Source: a virus (lineage: Duplodnaviria; Heunggongvirae; Uroviricota; Caudoviricetes). Taken from it: DNA of 21,361 nucleotides. The position numbers were made by a program, and so were the translations under genes. The DNA is taken from IMG/VR virus record IMGVR_UViG_2690316028_000007, one strand, 5' to 3'. The notes below the pieces were generated by a model, which saw only the letters and a list, made by a program, of their open reading frames with translations, ran no database searches and had not been told where the DNA came from. Shown here one piece after another: positions 7,918 to 17,515 of this stretch (position 1 is the stretch's first letter; every line of letters begins with the position of its first letter).

Positions 7918-10893
7918 ATGGGTAAAGGCAGCAGTAAGGGGCATACCCCGCGCGAAGCGAAGGACAACCTGAAATCCACGCAGCTGCTGAGTGTGATTGA
8001 TGCCATCAGCGAAGGGCCGGTTGAAGGTCCGGTGGATGGATTAAAAAGCGTGCTGCTGAACAGTACGCCGGTGCTGGACAGTGAGGGGAATACCAATATA
8101 TCCGGCGTCACGGTGGTGTTCCGGGCAGGTGAGCAGGAGCAGACTCCGCCGGAGGGGTTTGAATCCTCCGGCTCCGAGACGGTGCTGGGTACGGAAGTGA
8201 AATATGACACGCCGATCACCCGCACCATTACGTCGGCAAACATCGACCGTCTGCGCTTTACCTTCGGTGTACAGGCACTGGTGGAAACCACCTCAAAGGG
8301 TGACAGGAATCCGTCGGAAGTCCGCCTGCTGGTTCAGATACAGCGTAATGGTGGCTGGGTGACGGAAAAAGACATCACCATTAAGGGCAAAACCACCTCG
8401 CAGTATCTGGCCTCGGTGGTGGTGGATAACCTGCCACCGCGCCCGTTTAATATCCGGATGCGCAGAATGACGCCGGACAGCACCACAGACCAGCTGCAGA
8501 ACAAAACGCTCTGGTCGTCATACACCGAAATCATCGATGTGAAACAGAGCTACCCGAACACGGCACTGGTCGGCGTGCAGGTGGATTCGGAGCAGTTCGG
8601 CAGCCAGCAGGTGAGCCGTAATTATCATCTTCGCGGGCGTATTCTGCAGGTGCCGTCGAATTATAACCCGCAGACGCGGCAATACAGCGGTATCTGGGAC
8701 GGAACGTTTAAACCGGCATACAGCAACAACATGGCCTGGTGTCTGTGGGATATGCTGACCCATCCACGCTACGGCATGGGGAAACGTCTTGGTGCGGCGG
8801 ATGTGGACAAATGGGCGCTGTATGTCATCGGCCAGTACTGCGATCAGTCAGTACCGGACGGCTTTGGCGGCACGGAGCCGCGCATCACCTGTAATGCATA
8901 CCTGACCACACAGCGCAAGGCGTGGGATGTGCTCAGTGATTTCTGCTCGGCGATGCGCTGTATGCCGGTATGGAACGGGCAGACGCTGACGTTCGTGCAG
9001 GACCGACCGTCGGATAAGGTGTGGACCTATAACCGCAGTAATGTGGTGATGCCGGATGATGGCGCGCCGTTCCGCTACAGTTTCAGCGCCCTGAAAGACC
9101 GCCATAATGCCGTTGAGGTGAACTGGATTGACCCGGATAACGGCTGGGAGACGGCGACAGAGCTTGTTGAAGATACGCAGGCCATTGCCCGTTACGGTCG
9201 TAACGTCACGAAGATGGATGCCTTTGGCTGTACCAGCCGGGGGCAGGCGCACCGCGCCGGGCTGTGGCTGATTAAAACGGAACTGCTGGAAACGCAGACC
9301 GTGGACTTCAGCGTGGGTGCGGAAGGGCTTCGCCATGTACCGGGGGATGTCATTGAAATCTGCGATGATGACTATGCGGGTATCAGCACCGGCGGGCGCG
9401 TGCTGGCGGTGAACAGCCAGACCCGGACGCTGACGCTCGACCGTGAAATCACGCTGCCATCCTCCGGTACCACGCTGATAAGCCTGGTTGACGGTCAGGG
9501 TAATCCGGTCAGCGTGGAGGTCCAGTCCGTCACCGACGGCGTGAAGGTGAAAGTGAGCCGTGTTCCTGACGGCGTTGCAGAATACAGCGTGTGGGGGCTG
9601 AAGCTGCCGACGCTGCGCCAGCGCCTGTTCCGCTGCGTGAGTATCCGTGAGAACGATGACGGCACGTATGCCATCACCGCCGTGCAGCATGTACCTTCTG
9701 CCCGTAAGGTGAATGGTAAGGCGCTTTCAGCGGATATAACACTGACGCCGAAAGATATTGGTACGCTTAACTCAACAACAATGTCATTCAGCGGTGGTGC
9801 TGGTTGGTTCAAATTAGCAACGGTAACCATGCCACAGGCGAGTTCTGTTGTTTCAATTACGTTGATTGGTGGCGCGGGATTTAACGTGGGGTCACCTCAA
9901 CAGGCAGGTATATCTGAACTTGTTTTGCGTGCAGGTAATGGTAATCCGAAGGGGATTACTGGTGCTTTATGGCAGCGCACATCGACAGGGTTTACAAATT
10001 TTGCCTGGGTCAATACATCTGGTGATACTTACGATATTTACGTTGCAATCGGAAATTATGCGACTGGTGTAAATATTCAATGGGATTATACCAGTAATGC
10101 CAGCGTGACGATTCATACGTCACCAGCATATTCTGCTAATAAGCCGGAAGGGTTAACGGACGGTACAGTTTATTCACTCTATACGCCATCAGAGCAGTTT
10201 TATCCGCCTGGCGCACCAATCCCGTGGCCATCAGATACCGTTCCGTCTGGCTATGCCCTGATGCAGGGGCAGACTTTTGACAAATCTGCATACCCGAAAC
10301 TTGCAGCCGCTTATCCGTCAGCCGTGATCCCTGATATGCGTGGCTGGACGATTAAGGGCAAACCCGCCAGTGGTCGTGCCGTATTGTCTCAGGAACAGGA
10401 CGGCATTAAATCGCACACCCACAGCGCCAGCGCATCCAGTACGGATTTGGGGACGAAAAACACATCGTCGTTTGATTACGGAACCAAATCCACGAATAAC
10501 ACCGGGGCGCATACCCATAGTATTAGCGGGACTGCAAATAGTGCCGGTGCGCACCAACACAAGAGTTCCGGTGCATTTGGTGGCACGAACACGAGCATTT
10601 TCCCTAATGGTTATACCGCGATTTTAAATCTAAGCGCGGGGATTATGAGCACAACAAGCGGTAGTGGCCAGACTCGTAATGCAGGGAAGACATCATCAGA
10701 TGGTGCTCATACCCACTCGCTGTCCGGCACTGCTGCAAGCGCAGGCGCACATGCACATACTGTCGGTATTGGTGCTCATACGCACTCCGTTGCGATTGGT
10801 TCACATGGACACACCATCACCGTTAACGCTGCTGGTAACGCGGAAAACACCGTCAAAAACATCGCATTTAACTATATTGTGAGGCTTGCATAA
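7918..10893 (+). CDS. stfQ: Chimeric tail fibre: lambda J (host-specificity protein) N-terminal about 597 aa fused in frame to a side-tail-fibre C-terminus with tail-collar-like region and HxH repeats
   Basis: N-terminus [34 protein letters not shown]... matches lambda J as remembered, up to ...AITAVQHVP (about nt 9700). Thereafter the protein diverges and GC content drops. C-terminus has GAHTHS/GAHAHT/GSHGHT repeats and ends [25 protein letters not shown] upstream of the ATG. Confidence 0.85.
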   Translation: MGKGSSKGHTPREAKDNLKSTQLLSVIDAISEGPVEGPVDGLKSVLLNSTPVLDSEGNTNISGVTVVFRAGEQEQTPPEGFESSGSETVLGTEVKYDTPITRTITSANIDRLRFTFGVQALVETTSKGDRNPSEVRLLVQIQRNGGWVTEKDITIKGKTTSQYLASVVVDNLPPRPFNIRMRRMTPDSTTDQLQNKTLWSSYTEIIDVKQSYPNTALVGVQVDSEQFGSQQVSRNYHLRGRILQVPSNYNPQTRQYSGIWDGTFKPAYSNNMAWCLWDMLTHPRYGMGKRLGAADVDKWALYVIGQYCDQSVPDGFGGTEPRITCNAYLTTQRKAWDVLSDFCSAMRCMPVWNGQTLTFVQDRPSDKVWTYNRSNVVMPDDGAPFRYSFSALKDRHNAVEVNWIDPDNGWETATELVEDTQAIARYGRNVTKMDAFGCTSRGQAHRAGLWLIKTELLETQTVDFSVGAEGLRHVPGDVIEICDDDYAGISTGGRVLAVNSQTRTLTLDREITLPSSGTTLISLVDGQGNPVSVEVQSVTDGVKVKVSRVPDGVAEYSVWGLKLPTLRQRLFRCVSIRENDDGTYAITAVQHVPSARKVNGKALSADITLTPKDIGTLNSTTMSFSGGAGWFKLATVTMPQASSVVSITLIGGAGFNVGSPQQAGISELVLRAGNGNPKGITGALWQRTSTGFTNFAWVNTSGDTYDIYVAIGNYATGVNIQWDYTSNASVTIHTSPAYSANKPEGLTDGTVYSLYTPSEQFYPPGAPIPWPSDTVPSGYALMQGQTFDKSAYPKLAAAYPSAVIPDMRGWTIKGKPASGRAVLSQEQDGIKSHTHSASASSTDLGTKNTSSFDYGTKSTNNTGAHTHSISGTANSAGAHQHKSSGAFGGTNTSIFPNGYTAILNLSAGIMSTTSGSGQTRNAGKTSSDGAHTHSLSGTAASAGAHAHTVGIGAHTHSVAIGSHGHTITVNAAGNAENTVKNIAFNYIVRLA

Positions 10894-11468
10894 TGGCATT
10901 CAGAATGAGTGAACAACCACAGACCATAAAAATTTATAATCTGCTGGCCGGAACTAATGAATTTATTGGTGAAGGTGACGCATATATTCCGCCTCATACA
11001 GGTCTGCCAGCAAACAGTACCGATATTGCACCGCCAGATATTCCGGCAGGCTTCGTGGCTGTTTTCAACAGTGATGAGGCATCGTGGCATCTCGTTGAAG
11101 ATCATCGGGGAAAAACCGTCTATGACGTGGCTTCCGGCGACGCGTTATTTATTTCTGAACTCGGTCCGTTACCGGAAAATGTTACCTGGTTATCGCCGGA
11201 AGGGGAGTTTCAGAAGTGGAACGGCACAGCCTGGGTGAAGGATACGGAAGCAGAAAAACTGTTCCGGATCCGGGAGGCGGAAGAAACAAAAAACAACCTG
11301 ATGCAGGTAGCCAGTGAGCATATTGCGCCGCTTCAGGATGCTGCAGATCTGGAAATTGCAACGGAGGAAGAAATCTCGTTGCTGGAAGCATGGAAAAAGT
11401 ATCGGGTATTGCTGAACCGTGTTGATACGTCAACTGCACAGGATATTGAATGGCCAGCACTGCCGTAG
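10893..11468 (+). CDS. tfaQ: Tail fibre assembly chaperone (lambda Tfa-like)
   Basis: [54 protein letters not shown]... is nearly identical to lambda Tfa as remembered. Start overlaps the stf stop (TAATG). Confidence 0.9.
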   Translation: MAFRMSEQPQTIKIYNLLAGTNEFIGEGDAYIPPHTGLPANSTDIAPPDIPAGFVAVFNSDEASWHLVEDHRGKTVYDVASGDALFISELGPLPENVTWLSPEGEFQKWNGTAWVKDTEAEKLFRIREAEETKNNLMQVASEHIAPLQDAADLEIATEEEISLLEAWKKYRVLLNRVDTSTAQDIEWPALP

Positions 11469-11565
11469 GGTAAAACATATAAATTCTATAATTAGATGTA
11501 TCTTTCCATTTACGGCAAGGAAGGGGGCTTGGAACACGTAAAGCATCTCACACCGAGATTATTTT

Positions 11566-12156
11566 TTATATGTCAGGTGTCTGAAGTTTTGCTTTGGCTC
11601 TTAAAATGGTTTGCCGCGAGGTTTTGAATTCCCGGGCAATGGCACTTATACTTACACCTGACTTAATTCGTTCGAATACCACCTGTTTCTGTTCTTCATT
11701 TAACACAGGTGGTCGACCAAAACGTTTCCCTGCGCCGCGGGCTCTTACTATCCCGGAATGAGTGCGTTCAAGTAAAAGGTCTCGTTCAAATTCAGCGACT
11801 GCTGAAATTACTTGCATCATCATTTTTCCTGTTGGACTGGTCAGGTCAATGCCACCCAATGCTAAGCAATGCACTCTGATACCTGTTTCGGTCAGTTGTT
11901 CCACTGTTTTCCTGATATCCATTGCATTACAACCAAGGCGATCCAGTTTTGTCACAATCAATTGATCACCACATTTCAGGCGAGCAAGCAACCGGTTAAA
12001 ACCAGGACGCTCACTGGTTGCTGCTGAGCCGCTAATGTGTTCTTCGATTATTTGCTGAGGTTTGATTTTAAAACCTGCACTTTCGATTTCCCGGCGTTGA
12101 TTTTCGGTGGTCTGATCCAGCGTTGATATCCGACAGTAAGCAAAAATTCGAGACAT
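11566..12156 (-). CDS. pinQ: Serine recombinase of the resolvase/invertase family (Pin-like DNA invertase)
   Basis: N-terminal catalytic motif [11 protein letters not shown]-terminal HTH. 196 aa. Position next to tfa as in Qin/Rac. Confidence 0.9.
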
Positions 12157-12473
12157 AGTGAGACTCTATTCGAAATTGGTGTTCATATCATAATGCATCT
12201 CAGAAAATAATTATGATTATTTTTGTGCATATTTGTATGTACACGTTCGAAAATAAACGAATGCGTATGCAACCCCGTAATTTTTGGTGAGACCCAAAAT
12301 CGATTTTGTGAAAAATGGCTTTAACTCGGTTTGTTTTTCGAGTTCCGGGCGGACTCAAGGAAGAAGAATAGTGTTGCGTGTTATTTTAACCAGATTTCAA
12401 GTTGTTTGGACGTGGAAAAGTGGAGCAAAATGTTGTTAAAGTGGAAAAATGATAAAAAAGTAAGTTTATTATA

Positions 12474-12707
12474 TTACATTTTACCATTTAAATTTTGGTT
12501 GTCTTTAAGAACTGATATCGCTGTTTGTAATAATTCTTTGTTATCCAGCCATGATTTTTTCTTTATGTTTCCTTCAATGTAATCAAGCAATGTTCTGGTA
12601 TTAATAGGTCTTCCCTGTTTTGCTACTTCCACTACAGCATCCCCTAGGATAATTCTTACTTCAGGAAGCTGCGCAGGGAACCACTTTAGGGTGTCTTTTG
12701 ATTTCAT
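12474..12707 (-). CDS. ydfK: YdfK/YnaE-family small prophage protein (77 aa), reported as cold-shock induced
   Basis: MKSKDTLKWFPAQLPEVRIILGDAVVEVAKQGRPINTRTLLDYIEGNIKKKSW... ATG at 12707 preceded by AAGGA. The longer 88-aa start has no SD. Long AT-rich upstream region. Confidence 0.85.
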   Translation of the reverse strand: MKSKDTLKWFPAQLPEVRIILGDAVVEVAKQGRPINTRTLLDYIEGNIKKKSWLDNKELLQTAISVLKDNQNLNGKM

Positions 12708-13207
12708 GAAGATATTCCTTAAAATATTATTGATTTTCATTGCGATATTGTATGTCTGATTCAGGATATGTTGACTTATACATCGGTTTTGTCTGGGTTA
12801 TTGGATATGCCAATCCCTAATTTTATTAGGGCATGACTAAAAATGCTGAATATGATAAGGAGAGAAGTGATTATCAGTATGCTGTTCATATAGCCTCGAA
12901 TTAGTAATGTGTTATATATGATATAGTTGACAATTTTTATCTTGGGTGTTTTTAAAGTTCGTAGATAAACATTGTCGTTTCAGGTATACAGGAATGCTAG
13001 CAGGTGGCAGCAAAAATCAGGCGGTTTATGGCGCAAGCTGAAGCGGCAACTGCAAACTATCTTATGCAGAGACTCTACACGGATTGGGTTTAAAAGTATA
13101 CATAGATAACAGTTTTTATCTGAAAAAGAAAAATATCAAGGTGATATAGCCTATATGCCTTTGATGCGGAGGAATGACTGTGATGGGAGTGATGTATCTG
13201 AATAGTT

Positions 13208-13247
13208 GAAAAACCGCAGACACGCCTTATGCAAGAACGTGCTGCGG
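13208..13247 (-). terminator. Candidate minus-strand Rho-independent terminator about 250 bp inside the prophage end (possible tI/sib analogue)
   Basis: CCGCAG(A)CACG ... CGTG-CTGCGG imperfect 10-bp stem with 13-nt loop, followed on the minus strand by TTTTTCAAC. Confidence 0.4.
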
Positions 13248-13492
13248 TTGGCTGGTAAATTTTTCGATAGTGTGAGTATTGAATGATTTCCAGCCGTTCT
13301 TGATTTTACGCATAAATCCATGAAAAAACTACTTATCTGTTGGGGAGTTTTTTTGGGGCATATATGGGACAGAAATAGGCCCCAGATAGACACTGAGATC
13401 GAACTTAGGATGCTTTTTAAAAAATGCAACTATCTGAAAAAACCTAGAAAACGCCAAGGAAACCACAGGATGGGAAAAAACACCTGTGAATT

Positions 13493-14776
13493 ATGGATTT
13501 CCAGTTATATTCGCTCGGCGCAGCGTTAGTGTTTCATGAAATATTTTTTCCTGAATCATCAACGGCAATGGCGTTAATTCTGGCAATGGGAACCTATGGT
13601 GCAGGTTATGTGGCGCGTATTGTCGGAGCATTTATTTTCGGCAAAATGGGCGACAGAATAGGGCGTAAAAAAGTGCTCTTTATTACCATCACCATGATGG
13701 GGATCTGTACCACCTTAATTGGAGTGTTACCGACCTATGCACAGATTGGTGTTTTTGCCCCCATCTTGCTGGTGACGCTGCGTATTATTCAGGGATTGGG
13801 TGCAGGTGCGGAAATTTCCGGTGCCGGTACGATGCTGGCGGAATATGCGCCAAAAGGTAAGCGCGGAATTATCTCCTCATTTGTGGCTATGGGAACTAAC
13901 TGCGGAACCTTAAGCGCAACGGCAATCTGGGCCTTTATGTTCTTCATTCTCAGTAAAGAGGAACTGCTGGCGTGGGGATGGCGTATACCGTTCCTGGCGA
14001 GCGTTGTCGTGATGGTCTTTGCTATCTGGTTACGTATGAATCTGAAAGAAAGCCCGGTCTTTGAGAAGGTTAACGACAGCAACCAACCGACAGCAAAACC
14101 TGCACCTGCTGGTAGCATGTTCCAGAGCAAATCCTTCTGGCTGGCAACAGGGCTGCGTTTTGGTCAGGCGGGTAACTCCGGTTTAATTCAGACTTTCCTT
14201 GCAGGCTATTTAGTACAGACGTTATTGTTTAACAAAGCAATTCCAACAGATGCATTGATGATCAGTTCGATTCTCGGCTTTATGACCATTCCGTTCCTTG
14301 GTTGGTTATCCGATAAAATTGGTCGCCGGATCCCGTATATTATTATGAATACCTCTGCGATTGTGCTGGCGTGGCCAATGCTTTCTATCATCGTAGATAA
14401 AAGCTATGCCCCGAGCACCATTATGGTTGCACTGATTGTGATTCATAACTGTGCGGTGCTGGGATTATTTGCTCTGGAAAACATTACCATGGCAGAAATG
14501 TTCGGCTGTAAAAACCGCTTTACCCGGATGGCTATTTCAAAAGAAATTGGTGGTCTTATCGCTTCCGGTTTTGGTCCTATCCTGGCGGGTATTTTCTGCA
14601 CCATGACGGAATCCTGGTATCCGATCGCCATTATGATCATGGCATATTCAGTAATTGGTTTAATCTCTGCGCTGAAAATGCCAGAGGTGAAAGACCGTGA
14701 TTTAAGTGCGCTGGAAGACGCTGCGGAAGATCAACCGCGTGTTGTAAGAGCTGCGCAACCTTCCAGAAGTCTGTAA
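13493..14776 (+). CDS. ydfJ: MFS transporter of the metabolite:H+ symporter family (ProP/ShiA-like); reading frame opens only at 13490, consistent with loss of about 40 N-terminal residues at the prophage junction
   Basis: 427-aa ORF with MFS signatures (GKMGDRIGRKKVL, 12-TM-like hydrophobic profile). An in-frame TGA sits immediately upstream at 13487-13489. Starts at a motif (DFQLY) that in relatives lies about 45 aa into the protein. Confidence 0.8.
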   Translation: MDFQLYSLGAALVFHEIFFPESSTAMALILAMGTYGAGYVARIVGAFIFGKMGDRIGRKKVLFITITMMGICTTLIGVLPTYAQIGVFAPILLVTLRIIQGLGAGAEISGAGTMLAEYAPKGKRGIISSFVAMGTNCGTLSATAIWAFMFFILSKEELLAWGWRIPFLASVVVMVFAIWLRMNLKESPVFEKVNDSNQPTAKPAPAGSMFQSKSFWLATGLRFGQAGNSGLIQTFLAGYLVQTLLFNKAIPTDALMISSILGFMTIPFLGWLSDKIGRRIPYIIMNTSAIVLAWPMLSIIVDKSYAPSTIMVALIVIHNCAVLGLFALENITMAEMFGCKNRFTRMAISKEIGGLIASGFGPILAGIFCTMTESWYPIAIMIMAYSVIGLISALKMPEVKDRDLSALEDAAEDQPRVVRAAQPSRSL

Positions 14777-14787
14777 ATCCTCAATCC

Positions 14788-14813
14788 CTTCTCTTACCGG
14801 AGAGGGGATTTTT
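14788..14813 (+). terminator. Probable Rho-independent terminator after ydfJ
   Basis: CCTTCTCT-TACCGG-AGAGGGG stem (with G-U pairs) followed by ATTTTTATT. Confidence 0.5.
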
Positions 14814-14864
14814 ATTCATATAACAAAACATATAGCTTGCCATATTTATATTTAAGGAATTGTT

Positions 14865-16325
14865 ATGGGAAATAATTTGTTATCAGCAAAAGCGACACTC
14901 CCTGTTTATGATCGTAATAACCTGGCCCCAAGAATTATTCATTTAGGCTTTGGTGCATTTCACCGTGCGCATCAGGGCGTGTATGCCGATATTCTTGCTA
15001 CAGAACATTTCAGTGACTGGGGATATTATGAGGTCAACTTAATCGGCGGCGAACAGCAAATTGCCGATTTACAACAGCAAGATAATCTTTATACCGTTGC
15101 GGAAATGTCGGCCGATGCGTGGACGGCTCGCGTCGTTGGCGTCGTTAAAAAAGCCTTGCACGTACAGATGGATGGCTTAGAAACCGTGTTGGCTGCGATG
15201 TGTGAACCGCAAATCGCGATTGTCTCTCTGACAATCACCGAAAAAGGGTATTTCCACTCTCCGGCGACCGGACAGTTAATGCTCGATCACCCGATGGTCG
15301 CTGCCGACGTGCAAAATCCCCACCAGCCGAAAACAGCAACAGGAGTGATTGTTGAGGCGCTGGCTCGCCGTAAAGCGGCAGGACTTCCCGCATTTACCGT
15401 CATGTCATGTGACAACATGCCAGAAAACGGTCATGTTATGCGTGACGTTGTCACTTCCTACGCGCAAGCCGTTGATGAAAAACTGGCACAATGGATCGAA
15501 GATAACGTGACTTTCCCATCAACAATGGTGGACCGTATTGTGCCCGCAGTGACAGAGGATACGCTGGCGAAAATCGAACAACTTACCGGTGTGCGCGATC
15601 CTGCGGGCGTTGCCTGTGAACCTTTCCGCCAGTGGGTAATAGAAGATAACTTTGTTGCCGGACGTCCGGAATGGGAAAAAGCGGGAGCCGAACTGGTTAG
15701 CGATGTGCTGCCTTATGAAGAGATGAAGTTGCGCATGCTCAACGGCAGTCATTCATTCCTGGCGTATCTGGGGTATCTTGCTGGATATCAGCACATTAAT
15801 GACTGCATGGAAGATGAACATTATCGTTATGCGGCGTATGGCTTGATGTTGCAGGAACAAGCGCCGACGCTGAAAGTGCAGGGCGTTGATTTGCAAGATT
15901 ACGCTAACCGATTAATTGAACGCTATAGCAACCCGGCGTTACGCCATCGAACCTGGCAGATTGCGATGGATGGCAGCCAGAAATTGCCACAGCGGATGTT
16001 GGATTCTGTTCGCTGGCATCTGGCGCATGACAGCAAGTTCGAGCTGCTGGCACTGGGCGTCGCGGGTTGGATGCGTTATGTCGGTGGTGTTGATGAACAG
16101 GGAAATCCGATTGAAATCAGTGACCCACTGTTACCTGTTATTCAGAAGGCTGTACAAAGTAGTGCCGAAGGGAAAGCGCGCGTCCAGTCATTGCTGGCGA
16201 TTAAGGCGATTTTTGGTGATGATTTGCCAGATAATAGCTTGTTTACTGCAAAAGTGACGGAAGCGTACTTGTCTTTATTAGCGCATGGTGCGAAAGCGAC
16301 CGTGGCGAAATATTCCGTGAATTAA
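14865..16325 (+). CDS. ydfI: Mannitol-dehydrogenase-family oxidoreductase (D-mannonate/fructuronate oxidoreductase-like)
   Basis: 486 aa. N-terminal Rossmann motif [15 protein letters not shown] typical of the long-chain mannitol dehydrogenase family. AAGGA SD. Synteny with ydfJ and ydfZ. Confidence 0.9.
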   Translation: MGNNLLSAKATLPVYDRNNLAPRIIHLGFGAFHRAHQGVYADILATEHFSDWGYYEVNLIGGEQQIADLQQQDNLYTVAEMSADAWTARVVGVVKKALHVQMDGLETVLAAMCEPQIAIVSLTITEKGYFHSPATGQLMLDHPMVAADVQNPHQPKTATGVIVEALARRKAAGLPAFTVMSCDNMPENGHVMRDVVTSYAQAVDEKLAQWIEDNVTFPSTMVDRIVPAVTEDTLAKIEQLTGVRDPAGVACEPFRQWVIEDNFVAGRPEWEKAGAELVSDVLPYEEMKLRMLNGSHSFLAYLGYLAGYQHINDCMEDEHYRYAAYGLMLQEQAPTLKVQGVDLQDYANRLIERYSNPALRHRTWQIAMDGSQKLPQRMLDSVRWHLAHDSKFELLALGVAGWMRYVGGVDEQGNPIEISDPLLPVIQKAVQSSAEGKARVQSLLAIKAIFGDDLPDNSLFTAKVTEAYLSLLAHGAKATVAKYSVN

Positions 16326-16352
16326 AAAAGCAATGCCGCCATCGGCGGCATT
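16326..16352 (-). terminator. Rho-independent terminator for ydfZ (A-tract on the plus side, T-tract on the minus side)
   Basis: AATGCCGCC-ATC-GGCGGCATT 9-bp stem; on the minus strand followed by GCTTTTTTAAT. Confidence 0.55.
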
Positions 16353-16359
16353 CACACGC

Positions 16360-16563
16360 TTAGTTCATGCCGAGACGAATCAGGTCCAGAGGTGCCAGTT
16401 TCTCTTCACAACCTTCAACAACTACGGTTTTTCCGCGGCGGATTTGCTCAGCGGTCAGACCTTCAGTATCAATCGACAGGATCTTGCCAGTGTGACCGGT
16501 GCCGCTAACCATAACACGGCTGCCAGTGGTGATTGCGTTACGGTTACGATCGTAGGTCGTCAT
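16360..16563 (-). CDS. ydfZ: YdfZ-family small protein (putative selenium-binding protein), 67 aa
   Basis: [54 protein letters not shown]... AAGGAG SD upstream. Synteny. Confidence 0.85.
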
Positions 16564-16644
16564 AGGTGTTTTCTCCTTTCTGATTTACAGTCGAAGCCCA
16601 CGTAACGGGCGCAATATAAATACTCCTGTCGAGTGAAATATTTT

Positions 16645-16658
16645 TTGTTTTTGATCAA
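16645..16658 (-). promoter_or_regulatory. Candidate FNR/CRP-type site (TTGAT-N4-AACAA on the minus strand) upstream of ydfZ
   Basis: Plus strand reads TTGTT-tttg-ATCAA, about 85-100 bp upstream of the ydfZ start. Consensus TTGAT-N4-ATCAA matched 9/10. TATTTATATT -10-like sequence downstream on the minus strand. Confidence 0.35.
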
Positions 16659-16699
16659 GCTCACATCTTTTTTGATGCATGCATGAGCCGTAAGGCGGG

Positions 16700-16732
16700 G
16701 GGAAAAGCCTCTCATCCCGGATGGGATGAGAG
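16700..16732 (-). terminator. Rho-independent terminator for ydfH
   Basis: CCTCTCATCCC-GGAT-GGGATGAGAG 10-bp stem; on the minus strand followed by CTTTTCCCCCC. Confidence 0.6.
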
Positions 16733-16740
16733 TAAATGAA

Positions 16741-17427
16741 TTACTCTTCGCTAAACCAGTCGCTGTTTTCCTGGCGGATCTGGCGCACGGATTCGCTGAT
16801 TTCCTGCAAATGTTGCGTCATTGCACGTTCTACCGCATCGCCATCACGTTTTTGCAGGGCAGAGAAAATATCAAGATGCTGGCGTAACAGCATTTCTGGT
16901 GGAGAAACATGGTCGAAACTCATATAGCGCACGCGATCAACGGTCGCTTTCAGGTTCTCAATGGTATCCCACGCCAGTTGACAGTCGGCAATCTGCGTCA
17001 GGAGTTGATGGAAGTTGTCATCAAGTTCAAAAAAATCATCCAGTTGCTTGCGCTCAATGGCAATGCGTTGCTGGTGAAGATTTTGTTCCAGTTGGTAGCA
17101 CTGGCTTTCGGTAATCATGCTCGCCGCCCGACGCGCCACCGCGCACTCAATGGCCTGACGGATAAAACTGCCGTTTCGCACCTGGGCCATGGAAATTTTG
17201 TTGACGTAGCTGCCACGCTGCGGACGAATTTGAATCAGGCCGTTTTCCGCCAGTTTAATAAAGGCTTCACGAACCGGCTGGCGTGACACATTGAAACGAA
17301 CAGAAACTTCTTTTTCCGACAACGGTGTGCCTGGAGCAATCAGGCAATGGACAATGTCGCGACGAAGGATACGATAAATTTGCTGATTGACAGGCTGTGT
17401 GGGATTAAGTTGCGTTTCGACGGTCAT
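16741..17427 (-). CDS. ydfH: GntR/FadR-family transcriptional regulator
   Basis: 228 aa. N-terminal GntR-type winged HTH ([38 protein letters not shown]), C-terminal FadR-like helical domain. Synteny with ydfG and dcp. Confidence 0.9.
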
Positions 17428-17489
17428 TCGTTCTTGCTTGTGAGTGAGTTAACTGCATGAGTCTACCACTTTTTTGTGACAAGCAATAA

Positions 17490-17507
17490 CCCGGCAGTTA
17501 CGCCGGG
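17490..17507 (-). terminator. Candidate terminator hairpin just downstream of ydfG
   Basis: CCCGGC-AGTTAC-GCCGGG stem; on the minus strand followed by TTATTGCTTG. Confidence 0.4.
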
Positions 17508-17515
17508 TATAAAAA

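Noticed and set aside
8848-9690. 280-aa ORF on the minus strand inside the tail-fibre gene (also 7902..8291, 8334..8534, 8518..8763, 9495..9830 minus-strand ORFs)
   Set aside because: Antisense to a strongly supported, conserved coding region in GC-rich DNA, where long spurious ORFs are expected. No RBS and low-complexity Arg/Ala/His-rich translations.
12331-12582. 83-aa plus-strand ORF between pinQ and ydfK
   Set aside because: Overlaps the ydfK 3' end on the opposite strand. AT-rich low-complexity translation. No RBS.
12927-12957. Plus-strand TTGACA with a weak TTTAAA -10-like hexamer pointing toward ydfJ
   Set aside because: Poor -10 and awkward spacing, about 540 bp upstream of the transporter with a hairpin in between. 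Insufficient to claim a promoter.
13320-13529. 69-aa Lys/Arg-rich ORF spanning the prophage/ydfJ junction
   Set aside because: No SD, spans a recombination junction, and overlaps the transporter start in another frame. Likely spurious.
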